A stretch of 64,000 nucleotides of DNA, from the NCBI GenBank assembly GCA_040954595.2, contig CM082597.2:8390343-8454342 (forward strand), given 5' to 3'. This DNA comes from Balanoglossus misakiensis (Eukaryota; Animalia; Hemichordata). The position numbers were made by a program, and so were the translations under genes. Shown here one piece after another: positions 36,787 through 48,625 of the stretch (position 1 is the stretch's first letter; every line of letters starts with the position of its first letter). The notes under the pieces were generated by a model. The model saw only the letters and a program-made list of their open reading frames with translations. It made no database searches and was not told the origin of the DNA.

Positions 36787-38609
36787 TCTGAAAGATCAAA
36801 CAAAGAAAAGTGTAAACAGTCAAACATTGTCATGTGTCTACCTACAGGTAACAAGACTACAGGAGCCTCAGCCAATCCAAGCTTTTCACTTGTGAGACTA
36901 TTGAAATCAATTTAAAGCTCAGTAACTCCAACTTCGGGTTATTTCCTCAATAATTTTGTTTTGGTGGTCACCTTTCATTGAACAATGAATGGGCAAGTGC
37001 TCGCTCACTTCTTCAGTGAATTTCACTGTTTGTTTATCTCATCATAAAAACATGGGCACCGCAGTCCTTTGGACAAAAATATTCATGTGCGGTGATTTAA
37101 AATCAATGTTGCAAGAAGCAGAATTAATCACAGGATTAACGGCTTCTGATTGAAAAAATACTAAATGCTTAATATGCCATATGCCGCACACAGAGTGATC
37201 ACATTAGTCAATTGGACCGCTATTCCAAATTACTAAAATGATTGCAACGTTTTAATATTATATTTATTTTACAAACCCTTGCATCTGATCTTCACTTTAA
37301 AGTACTTCCATTTACTAGTAGTACAAGTACACATCAGTTAACATTGACAGCTAGGCATGACATCATAGATGTAGGACTTCAAAATTGATATTCTGAACAG
37401 TGAGGGCGGTCTATCATAGAGGGTTTTAATGAACATGTGTATTTAATTTCATGAATCAGATGTGTCGATGAAAACTGCGTATTTTAACATACACTTATAG
37501 TTAATGCATTTGCAGTATCTAGTCATATTACAGTAATACACCAGACATGTTCTTAACTCAACTCAATGTGTGTAAGTTGAATTTCTGACCATACTCAGAT
37601 TACCCAAGTCCCTGTGACCAACTATACTGCAAGTATACAGAATTGAACTAGTCACCTTCAATACTTGAACTGGAGCCACATCCAAAACTTGACTTTCAGA
37701 TCTTTTATCAAATCAGTTCTCCTTTTAGAATTAGAACTCCCATGCAATTTTTGTGACAGGAGAGAAAATTTAAATTGGACACCTGCAATCTGAATAATTT
37801 CTTCAGTCCCTTTGGTGTTAGACAGGTTTGACTGTACTTGAAAGTGCAGTTGATATACACAACAAAAATGCAAAAAAATATAATTGTAGACAGTCAGAAT
37901 TTTGAGGCTGGGAATCATTTACATAGTTACCAGAGTCAATACTGTCACAGTAGTCCATTTCTCTATGTACCAAATTGTAATAAAACATTGCTATGCAGTC
38001 ACGTTACCCTTCCAAGACGCGAACACGAGGCCAGAGTAAAAACTTGATTGTCTTGTGTATCAACACTATAGTTGGGACTGACTTTCGACAGCCACATTTT
38101 ATTGTAAGGTCAGTTTTACACTCAACTTGTATCATGTATACAACAAACTAGATGAGCTCGAGCAGTACTCTGTAACCTACTGGCCTCTCTTTTCACATTG
38201 TCTGCTTGGAGATGACACCTTATTTTGGAAGTGTGCCCTCTTTATGAAAAAGTGTATAATGTCATAATTCATGAAGTGTTCTGTTACATGTGTAACAGAC
38301 AGAAATCAACACAAGTGCAGTCAAACCTGTCTATTGTGGCTAGTGAAGGGACTTTCCTAAACTGGCCATTATACCTGGTAAAAAAGTCAATTAATGTAGA
38401 TATAAATTACACAGGGACTAGAATAATGTGGCCACTATATAGAGGTGGCCACTCACAGAGGTTTGACTGTATGTTAATTTGTGCCATGAATAGCAGACAT
38501 TTACCAATGACAGTACAATGTATGATTTTAGTGTCACATATCCATGTATTAGACACTTACATTGTGCAAACACATACATCTTACTTTCTCTCCAAATTGT
38601 AGATACTCA

Positions 38610-39281
38610 CCAACACGTGTATGTTGAATCCTGGTCTGCAACCACACTGGTAACGGGCTGGTGTGTTGTAACATACTTGTTGGCATGGCGACCAACCAGC
38701 TTGATCGCACTCATTGTCATCTGTGGGGAAAACACAAATATCATAAATTGTGTTTGAATGAATACATCTGAATTACAGTTGTCCTTGAGTGCACATTTGA
38801 AAATATACGACAAGAGAAAAAAATTGAAAGAAACTTAATAAATATCATCTGGCATATAACTTGGTCATATCATATGTTTATCTGTACCAGTACTGTATAC
38901 TGATGAACAAACAATGTAGTAACCACATTACATTTTACAAGCTAGTGTTCTGCAAGCCAAAAATATCACACACGAGACAACAAACTCAATTTTTTTTAAA
39001 TGTGTAACTTTGGAAAGTGCCTGATAACTTGTATTTATTATTTTTTTTACATGGTAACTCGCTGTTAAGTCTGTCACTTACAACTTGTGTAAGCGCCCTT
39101 TTGAGGCAGGAAATTCCAAGCCATTGTTGGCCTATCCCCTCCCCACTCAAATAAAAACTTACCTAAACAATTGACATGATCTGCACTCATAGAGAAACCA
39201 TCATCACCACAACAACAGCTGAATCCACCCTCTGCATTGAGACAACCTCCAGCACAGACAGAATCTGAACACTCATTCACA
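38610..39281 (-). CDS. Two EGF-Ca exons (39163-39281, 38610-38720)
   Basis: DVNECSDSVCAGGCLNAEGGFSC; DDNECDQAGWSPCQQVCYNTPARYQCGCRPGF. Confidence 0.85.
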
Positions 39282-41022
39282 TCTGAAAATAGAGAAAAAA
39301 AACATCCATTGTAATTATTCAAGTCAATACCAATCCTCCCTTCCATTAACAATTTCCCTAAAGGGAACAAATTCACATGGCTTTGAAATTAAGTATTAAC
39401 AGTGATATTTTAATATTTCTAACAGACACGACTTTTCTAAACTTTGAGTCTTTTTTGTGGATTTGTAGAAATTATCTACAAACTGAGCTGTCAGGTCATG
39501 GCTGTTTGTGCTTTGGCATGCACACATATCCCAGAATGCCCAACAGGGTTGGCAGTGAAATTGATAAACTCTTCACCTAAGATTTCAAACTCGTAGATCT
39601 CAATAGATTCTCACACTCCTGGCATGCTGAGAGTGTGGGATCAGAGTGCGAGAACAAATCAATCCCACATTCTCACTGAATCGAAAGCTGTATATGACAC
39701 GAGCGCTGATTGGATGACAAAGCGTTATTTAATAACGTGCGCTAAATGTTATCCAATGACGTGATACAGAAACTACAATGTGCCAGATGACAGTTCAAGA
39801 TGTTTTAAGACGAATTGGGCTAATTTATGGCCATGTGAGAAATATAATCTCACACACCAAAGACCTGGGATCATATTTCGCACACTCGTCAGGGATATTT
39901 TGTCCCACACTCGCCTGCAGCTTGTTTGGGACAGAAAATCCACAATTCATGTGAGAAATATGAAATTTGTACAGTCCTATGAACCTAAAACATGAAACAA
40001 AAAATGTTTGCTTGTTGGTAGTTTCCCGGAACAATTAAAAACCGCGTCTCCTCATCAATTTTGACATTTTGAAAGATGCTAAACAAAAATCATTTTTTGG
40101 CCTTATCGGTAACAGAGTGACGCCATTTTCTGGGTAGCCAGAACTCACTTCCGGCACAGCATTTGGGTGTTTCACATTTCTCCGTTGTTGCTGGCTTATC
40201 TGTCGACAAGCAAGGTAACGTAAATAAGGGATTTATAAGTGGCCTTGACAGTGACCATCACATAAGACTTCTTGACCCTATGACCTTTCATGTGATGAGC
40301 AGTTGCCAAAATAACTTTCTCTTTGTGACCAATCCAGACCGAACACTTTTCTATTCTACTACACAGAACAAACTAAACGCAAAGTAACTCATGAAGGAAA
40401 ACGCTGACAAAATCTACGCCTACCAGTAATTTTCAAATCAGGTAACTGCATCTGAATTTATACAAATTAATTGAATATTGCCTTTGTGGTTGTCTGATGT
40501 CAATTTTTAATTGAAGAGTTGTTGTGTTAGAGTTAACTTGTGTGAATTGCTTGCCTTTCATTCTGACAGTCAATTATAATTTCAGGATGCAGCTCCCACT
40601 TCTAGATTGAACATATGAAATATTTTAAATATATGTATTTATATTTTAATGTAAAACACTATATCACAAGTCATCCTTTCACCAGAGGTGGGCCAAACCG
40701 TAAAGGAAACTGTGAACAACCATTCAATGCTCAGATATTTGGATTGACAACTCTACTCTTTGGCACAATATTCAATTTCAAACATTTTTGAATACAGTAA
40801 TAAATGCATTTAATATTGCATGTATTAAATTTTGCTATTTTACAATTGGGGCCAGTGAGTGAGCATTTCAAAAAAAGAAAAGTCACTGTTTGTTCCTTTG
40901 ATTTGTGTATCATTTGATCACTGAAACCATACACTTTCATTGACGAGAAGTGTCAAAACATCCACAGGTCTATTCATTGAATGTGAGGTGCAAAGCTAGA
41001 AATGGAGATGTTACAAGTAGTG

Positions 41023-43647
41023 CACGAGCGTCGTATGTGGAAATCTAATGGTTGGATGAGAGAAATAAAAATCGCATTGTTTGTTGTTTGCACATGCGCA
41101 CAAAGTCATTAAATATGGCGTCCTTCATGTCATTTCGGGAACGATCGCGATCGTCGACGAAAAAAGTTGTTGCATCTGCCTCACGAGAGCATCATCTCGT
41201 TTTGACAACTCAAAATCGTATGCCAAACACTTAGGGGCATGTTTCGGAGCCGCGCTGAAGGTATGAGTGGCTATTTGTGCATGACATGCAAAGCAAGTAT
41301 TAGAAAGTTTTGCGAGGATCGATCATTGGACTTCAGCCACTTACTTGACAAAAAAGGCCAGAAAGGTGGAAGTAAAGGACAAAGGCAGTATGGGGGACAA
41401 AGAATAAAACTGGCAAGGTGGGAGAGTTCTTCATCCACGTCGACGAGTAGCGAGGAAATAGGCAGCGAAGGTTGCGGCTGTGACTACCGGAGTTGGTTAT
41501 CTGCGGCAGGTGCATGTGGATTGCTGCCACCCGATGTCATTGTCAGTATTCTTCATCACGTAAATGTCACTGATATTGTGAATTTCACATCAACATGTTC
41601 ATTTCTGCATACATTTCGAGCTGATGCTATAATTTGGTGTCAGAAATGTATTCATGATTTTCCAGAGAAGTATGCCACACTGATATCTCATAAGGCAGGC
41701 TTTTTTTATTACACCACATCATGGTTTGAAATTTACAAATTATCGAAATTTTCTGATCTCAACCACCAAAATGACACACAGCAATATTTAAGTCAGATCA
41801 AATCACTGTCTGTTCATATGAATAATGCTTCATGGAAATTAATGACCTGAAGGAAAAGTTGGCAGAAACATAGAACTCTCTCAGTGATATTTTGACCATG
41901 TCACCATCCAAACCACTCACAGTAACACAAGAAAAAATCTTCAAAACTATGACAGTAGTTAAAGAAATAAGGAGTTTGGATGGAACCATAAAAGCTGTTA
42001 GTTCCAGAGGAAGACCAAAAGTGTATATTGCAATACCCCAGACAGAAACATCATCGATAGAAGCTACAGAAAGATCAAAAAGAGCCAAGTGTCAGCTGAT
42101 GGAGAAGATTGAAAAAATGCAGTATGTCAATAAAAATGAGAGTGGAGAACTTAATAAAGCAATTTAGTTGCTCAACATGCGTAAAGAATAAGCCGAGACA
42201 AAGCTATCTACATCAAGGCAGCACGAGAAGCTGGTATACCAGTACAAGGAACATTTTCCAGGGAAACAAGTTCTTGCTTTTAAGAGCATAATGCCAATGA
42301 CAACCTGGCAACCTGGTGTTGATGTGCTAGGAACAGAGAGGCAGTTAAGACAGGAGCTAGAAGAGATGGAGTTTAGCTATGAATACGGAGGTTTTGAGAG
42401 TGAAGAGGAAGGTGGACCAATTACAGTCCTTTATGTGCGAGTTGCAGATGTACAAGAAGTTCTTCATAAAATGGTTGCAGAGTTCAAGGCAAATGGAAAG
42501 CTGACAAATTTTGACAATATATCAAGAGACACACTGTGGCTTTGTGTATCTGGTGACAAAGGTGGCAACTCTACAAAACTGATGTTACAAGTCATGAACA
42601 ATAAGACTCAGCATTCTATTAAGCAGTCTAAACTACTGTGTTTTATTTGAGGGTGGACATGATACCCGAAAGCATATTGAGATGGTGTTCAAAGATATCA
42701 TTGCTGACTTATGCAAGTTGCAGACAGAAATCGCAGAAATGAAGCTGGAACTGCCTGAAACATTTCAGTGTGACAAAAGAACAAGGAGCCTGGGATCACA
42801 AGGTAAATTTGTAATTTCTTCTGCTTAATGTCACTAGTCATTACTTTGAAAATTTACCCGGATTTTTATGATAACACAGCAAATGTATATTAATTTGGAA
42901 ATGTTTTCATTACTAGTGCCAACAAGTGATGGTGTACGTCCAACGAGAACTACACGGACTGGATTCAAACCACTGCGACCCTTCAATGAAGATAATCAGA
43001 CTGTCAGTGTTAATTGTGCGTACTGTAAGCTGCAACATGGTAAGCAAATTGACATCACCCAATTAACAATAAATGTACAATCATTATAATTGTGAAGCGC
43101 TTCCTTTGATTAAAATCACTGGTTTTATTATAGAGAATTTAACAGTGACACCTCTTCACCTGTGTCTTGGCATCGGGCTGATGATACTGAACCTGATTGA
43201 ATCTATGTGTCTGGAATTAGATCGGACATTTTTCAGTGAGAACGGTGTACATTCTGATGAAATGGAAACCTTGCTAGAAAGTCAGAGAAAACTGTCAGAT
43301 GACTTACTCTCTTCAGAAAAGAGCTAAATTTGCTTGAAGAACAAAGTCATGAAATTCAAAAACACATAGATGATGTCAAGGAAGAGTATGCAAACTATTA
43401 TGAAAAGTCAGGTGGGAAGTTAATTGACAGGTCAAGTGATGCTAAAGATGCCAGAAGAGAAAAAACACAGAAGGAAAATGCTTTACTCGAGAAACAAAAA
43501 CTAATCAAGCTACAACTAAAACATGTTAAAGAACAACACAAATTAACAGATAATAGTCTTCAAAATGTAATAACAAAACTGGCATGTCATGCAGGTCATG
43601 GGCGATCGATTAGATTGTCAAGGCGCTTATGGCGGCGAACGCTCGTG
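41023..43647 (+). mobile_element. Internally deleted RAG1/Transib/Chapaev-like DNA transposon with CACGAGCGT termini
   Basis: Left CACGAGCGT (41023) and right ACGCTCGTG (ends 43647), with an inner AATCTAAT box at both ends, enclosing transposase fragments. No clean TSD. Confidence 0.68.
41115..43595 (+). pseudogene. Degenerate FAM60A-like zinc domain + F-box + RAG1/Transib-like DDE transposase
   Basis: CCICLTRASSRFDNSKSYAKHLGACFG...SGYLCMTC; LLPPDVIVSILHHVNVTDIVNFTSTCSFL...IW; GRPK; WQPG; LCVSGDKGGNSTK; PLHLCLGIG. Multiple frameshifts and stops. Confidence 0.7.
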
Positions 43648-43654
43648 TGAGGTG

Positions 43655-44945
43655 AGATCACAACAAGTGATGACTCATAGAGGAGGAAGCACAGCATGTG
43701 ATGACTCATCTAACGTGTCCACTTACCTAGACATTTAGGACAGCACTGCCCTGGTACACTTGCAAAATTAGAACATGTTGTGGCTTCACACACTGTTAAA
43801 TTACAAGTCACAGTACCATCCTGTAAATACAAATTATTTAATGGGTTATTATTATAGAAATTATGGACGACCATTGACCCTGACCCTGACCATTGATACT
43901 TTTAATAGTAAAGGAATGTATGTGTGCACCAATGTTCATGATGCATGTAGACTAGACAATGTTTCTCCTACGTGTATTAGTGGAACATTTTTGTTTTGAT
44001 TATAAGGTCTCTGTACGTATGATTTTTAGTTTGTATGCATTTTTCCACAGCTTATGCGTACAGTGTAGGTAACTCGAAAAAAAACAACAAAAAACTTAAG
44101 TCTTGGCATGAACACACTGCGTGTGCTTATAACCCTCAAAGCCAAAAGTGCTTTAACACAAGATGTATTCTTCATTAAAAGGACAAAGTCTCTCTCTCGC
44201 AGCCCTTTATCCATTAATAATGTTTGATACAAGACACCGTTTATGTTATTCTACATGTGGATATATAGTGAATCAACGTTCAACCACCCACAATTTCTAT
44301 CCCGTCTGTAGACACGAGAGTGAAAAACTCGCCGAAATAAATAATTGGTCTCTACCATTTATCCATTTTGGGCGAGTTTTTACTCTCATATCCTTCAAAC
44401 GGGACGGAAGTTGTGTGTGGTCGAAAGTTGATTCACTACATGTATATATCCACACGTAGAATAACATAAATAATGTCTTGTATCAAACATCATTAATGGA
44501 AAGGGGCAGCTAGAGAGAGACTTTGTGCAGTGATGAGAACTTACCAGACACAGGCAGGATCTACACACATCACCAAGAGGGTTGAAGAGATCACCATCAG
44601 CATACAAGATGTTATTGTATTCACACAGACTACAGTCTGGACAGCAATCAGAAGCTGTGTACAGTCCATGCTCACATGTTACTGGACACTCTAATTCTGT
44701 ACAGGTAATCTTGGAATCAGGCTGAAAGAGGAACGACAACAATCAGGTTCATACTGTAAAACACTTTATTTTCGCGAGCAATAAATTTTCGCCAAAATAG
44801 TGTGAAAATAAAATGTCGCATAATTTTTTTAAGATAACGATGCAGTGAATGAAATAAGAGAACGTGAAAATTAATACTCGCGAAACAGTGGCCTCTCTCG
44901 ATATTGCAAAAATTTCAACTTTCGAAAATTAAGTGTTTTACAGTT
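43655..44945 (+). repeat. Segmental duplicate of 8652-9931, including VWC exon 44544-44721
   Basis: Near-identical sequence starting agatcacaacaagtgatgac. Confidence 0.93.
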
Positions 44946-45054
44946 GTAATGCCATGTTTGGACAACCAATTCAAAATCTCTACATTATTTTTTCTTCTTC
45001 CAATTGCAAAGTAACAACAACATACAGTATGACATTTTATGTTTTACTATTCAC

Positions 45055-46285
45055 CAATCTGATTAAAATCAGATGTAGGGAACAGCGACTTGGTTTTTCT
45101 TATGCTGTCGCCTCACACTACATCTGACCAACTCTCAATGGAGATCCCGCTGAACTTTACGAGATTTACTGGGAATATAAACCAATTAGAAGGCGCCTTA
45201 TAGCAAATGATAGGCAACCCACAATCACATCACCTGGCCCCTTGCGGTTGTTACCATGGAGCTACCACAGACATATATCTCGGGCGCGAGAGTCGAATCA
45301 ACGTGGGGAATGGTTTCGAGCCAGTTCAGCGTGACGACTGAACCTCTATATTCCACCGGTCAACGAAATGTATAAGACGTGGCAACAAGTCGCAGTAAAA
45401 TTGTTAGAGAATCGATTACATTTGTGTAAGGCCGTCCCAGAGAGAGATTCTGTCGCCACGATCGTTTGTATACACCAGAGTGTACCGACCGACTGCATAG
45501 TGCACTGACTTGACTAGCTCTGCATGCAGGTCTGTGTGTTCCCGGCGTTACACAGACGTTAGAATAAGTTAATCGCATCATATTTGGGGTCAGTTGAAGT
45601 AGACAGGGAAAGGGTTTTGCAGAGATTTCGACAGAAAAAGCTGCGGTCGGGCGTCCGGGTCCGGACAGCAGACGCACCAGTTTTGTCTATGGGGCCTTAT
45701 CCAGGGCTGTGGTGCGTCGGGAACACACATACCTGAACGCGGAGCTATGAGTTGACATTCCTTAGGCGAAGTTAGCGTTCTTTTTAAAAATTTGTCACAT
45801 AAATTGTTTTGGGATACATGGCAGTGAAATTTGGTTTATTTTTTATTAACTTTTACATGAAGTACGTCATTTTCCCCGACTGGCAGCATGACTACGAGGG
45901 CAAACATGACGACTTGTTATGAGAGTTTATAAATGATCCACGACAGTTCATCATGTGTATATGGCTACAGCTCGACGTTGCACTGCTCTGCGAAAACCAC
46001 TCGCATACGATGACGCCAAACAAAGAAAGATATCATGGGATTACATGTAATTGTTCACAAGAGAAAGCCAATCTGTCGTATTCTGTGCGATACTCGAAGT
46101 CAACAACAAAATTTCTCCCATCTCCCAGTGCAATTCTTTAGTCGGCATAACAGTCAATCTGATTGGCCGGGTCGGAATGCGCGATTTCAGCGGGATCTCC
46201 ATTGAGAGTTGGTGAGATGTAGTGTGAGGCGACAGCATAAAAAAAACCAAGTCGCCGTTCCCTACACCTGATTTTAATCAGATTG
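45055..46285. mobile_element. Non-autonomous DNA transposon, ~100-bp TIRs, 9-bp TSD (Mutator-like)
   Basis: actattcac|CAATCTGATTAAAATCAG ... CTGATTTTAATCAGATTG|actattcac. Confidence 0.85.
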
Positions 46286-47314
46286 ACTATTCACTACATA
46301 TCATTAGATCAATCAGTAGATTTCTGTCACCTTACATATCTCTTCCAGTAACTGCAGGAGAATCTATTGTAGTAGAGCCTCTAGAGCTGCCACCTTTGCA
46401 TTATTTTGATGATTTTATTTTCCAGCTTAGATTGGTTCATCTAAATAAGTTTCTGATTGGTATACATGAACACTTTATCGATGCCCGATTGTGGCTGTAT
46501 GTAGCGATTCGAAAACATATACATGAACATCCATACAGACAGTACGCAGCTATCGTGGTATGCATCACCAAGAGAAGACAGACTGATGCAAATACAACTT
46601 ACATGGCTTAATGGTGAGAATTTTAAAGGATAGGGAAAAGGTTTGAAGTATTTTATTGTGGAAAAAAAATGTGTGAAATTTGGCAGCTCTAGAGGCTTTA
46701 AATGTTATGGTAAGATCCACATACTGAGAATGCGGAAGAAATGGTTCTCAATATTTCCCTGAAGTTCGGAAAGACTAATCAAGAGAAAATTTCAAAGTCA
46801 CCTTTACAGACCGGACAGCATGGTCCCTGAATGGGATTTGCACACGTCACCAAAGGACAGTCGTGAACCAAACACATCACACTGCCTTTCTGGAACAGAG
46901 AAAAATACAGATCATATGAAAGGAGATGCTTCAACATTGTGGAACTGGTCACCAAATGGTAATGAATTCAACACAGTTCGATCACTTCATGGTGATTCTC
47001 TTTCTGACCAGAGGAACAGTGACATGTGATCAGAAATTGACCAATAAGAATGCAATCGTAAGTATAAATGTATCTCATGTGATCAGAAATTGACCAATGC
47101 AGTCTGTCTGGTACTTACCAAACATTGACATTGTGAACATGTGTTGTTCGGATCAGTAAATATTTCACCGTCATTAGAAATATAACCATTGTATAAACAT
47201 TCTGTTGAAAAGAAATAATGAAAAACATTATCAGGGTAGAGGTCTTGGAATAAAAAAATTACATTAAAAATTGCAATTAAATATATGTTGGCACATTTCT
47301 TGCTACCTAATTAA

Positions 47315-47705
47315 ACCCCGGTGCGGAAAGTACTGGGGTTCGGATTAAGGTGTGTTTGTATAGTTGTTTATTTGGGAGTGGTCGTCGTGCATAATGACTG
47401 TGTAATTGCTTTCATGTACATGTACACATAAAATAATTGAACAGTTTACACCTCCACGTGGTTATTGTTTCTCAGGGACGCTTCTGAAAAGCACTGAAAC
47501 CAGATTTCTCCCAAAATCATCGTTGTTTCAAAAGCTCGTGTACATTTTCGTCGATAACTTTATGTTGTGTGTTTATAAAGCCAAATACTGTCGTTGTGTG
47601 GTGTAATTCTTTATGCTTGGACCTGTTTGGACCGATTTTCATAGAGCCAAGATCGTTGGTGTTGTCTGCTGTCAGTCAAACGGCATTAAGATTCGCCACC
47701 GGGGT
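47315..47705. mobile_element. TTAA-flanked MITE with ACCCCGGTG termini
   Basis: ttaa|accccggtg...caccggggt|ttaa. Confidence 0.7.
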
Positions 47706-48625
47706 TTAAACAATATTTTGTTTGTAAACTGTCTGTGTTTGGACATTGCTGAATTCTTAGGGTCAGGATTAAATTTAACCATCAACAATAACAAGGCTGG
47801 GTATATGAAAGATAACATTTTGTTATTTTAATAGCTGAATGTAATTTTCTTTCAAATTTTACCGACCTGGAAATGGATTTAAGTATACATATCATTCCAT
47901 GGTAGCACGAGTTTCTGCTTTACTACAAATTCATTCTCCCAATCCTGACTAGATTTGAGATGCAGATCATCCTTATGTAAATGAATGCTTCATCAATAAA
48001 CTTGATGACACAACAGATCTAACTACATGTGCGGTTACCTTAACAACTATGACAACAATGTCCAGGGTTGGGCAATGGATGTGTGCATTCATGTTTACAT
48101 ATCTGTTTGACACAAGTTACAATTCCTTCACTACAGGTACAGATTTCACATTCATCAACAGGACTGGTCCGTGTAGAATTGTGGTGATATTCTATATTGT
48201 TGAATACACAACCTATAGCACAAAAAGATTCGTTTGGAATCAATTATTCTTTGGAAATAATTACCAAGAGCTTTATACTTTTGATTAAAACCTTAACACT
48301 ACTGGGCGTCATACCCGTTTAGAGTGTCAGGGGCCCTTAAAATATATATGTGCCCTTTTTCTTCTTAAAGGTATTTTGACTGTCTTGGCATGGCTCTCTA
48401 ACGTACTTAAACACACTTGGCAGTCTGAGCCCCCTGTAAAATGTACCATATCGCACTGGTTTGCACTGTATTGGTCTGAGGGTCTTGTATACACCACTTT
48501 CATAAGTAGCGCCCTGTACAGGCGATGACGTCATTCGGGGGAAAGTTTGAAGAAGCCATTTTGTCAACGGTATTTTTCTTATGTGGCGCCTGGTGTTTTT
48601 TCAACGCGGTCGCGGGAAGCTGGAA

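Larger units (their letters stand above)
10752..39282 (-). pseudogene. Large multi-exon extracellular (SVEP1/polydom-like mosaic) gene: EGF-Ca, CUB, Sushi, mucin, expansin-like, HYR, GCC2/GCC3 repeats, EGF; frame-disrupted
   Basis: About 30 AG/GT-bounded, mostly phase-1 exons with Cys-patterned domains. Lesions include a frameshift in the Sushi exon near 32105, a MITE-truncated Sushi exon near 33260, and indels in the expansin exons. Confidence 0.8.
44544..48214 (-). pseudogene. VWC (kielin/chordin-like) exons at ~48040-48214, 47119-47201, ~46802-46889 and 44544-44721
   Basis: CVFNNIEYHHN...DECEICTCSEGIVTC...CCHSC*; ECLYNG...CSQCQCL|KGSVMCLVHDCPLVTCANPIQGPCCPVC. A stop lies at the end of the 48040 exon. 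Confidence 0.75.

Noticed and set aside
37640-37835. Possible additional minus-strand exon
   Set aside because: Splice-like ends but no recognisable domain in any frame.
40982-43654. TGTGAGGTG at both sides of the RAG-like element as a TSD
   Set aside because: The left copy is 32 bp from the CAC end and the right copy overlaps the terminus, so it cannot be called a TSD.
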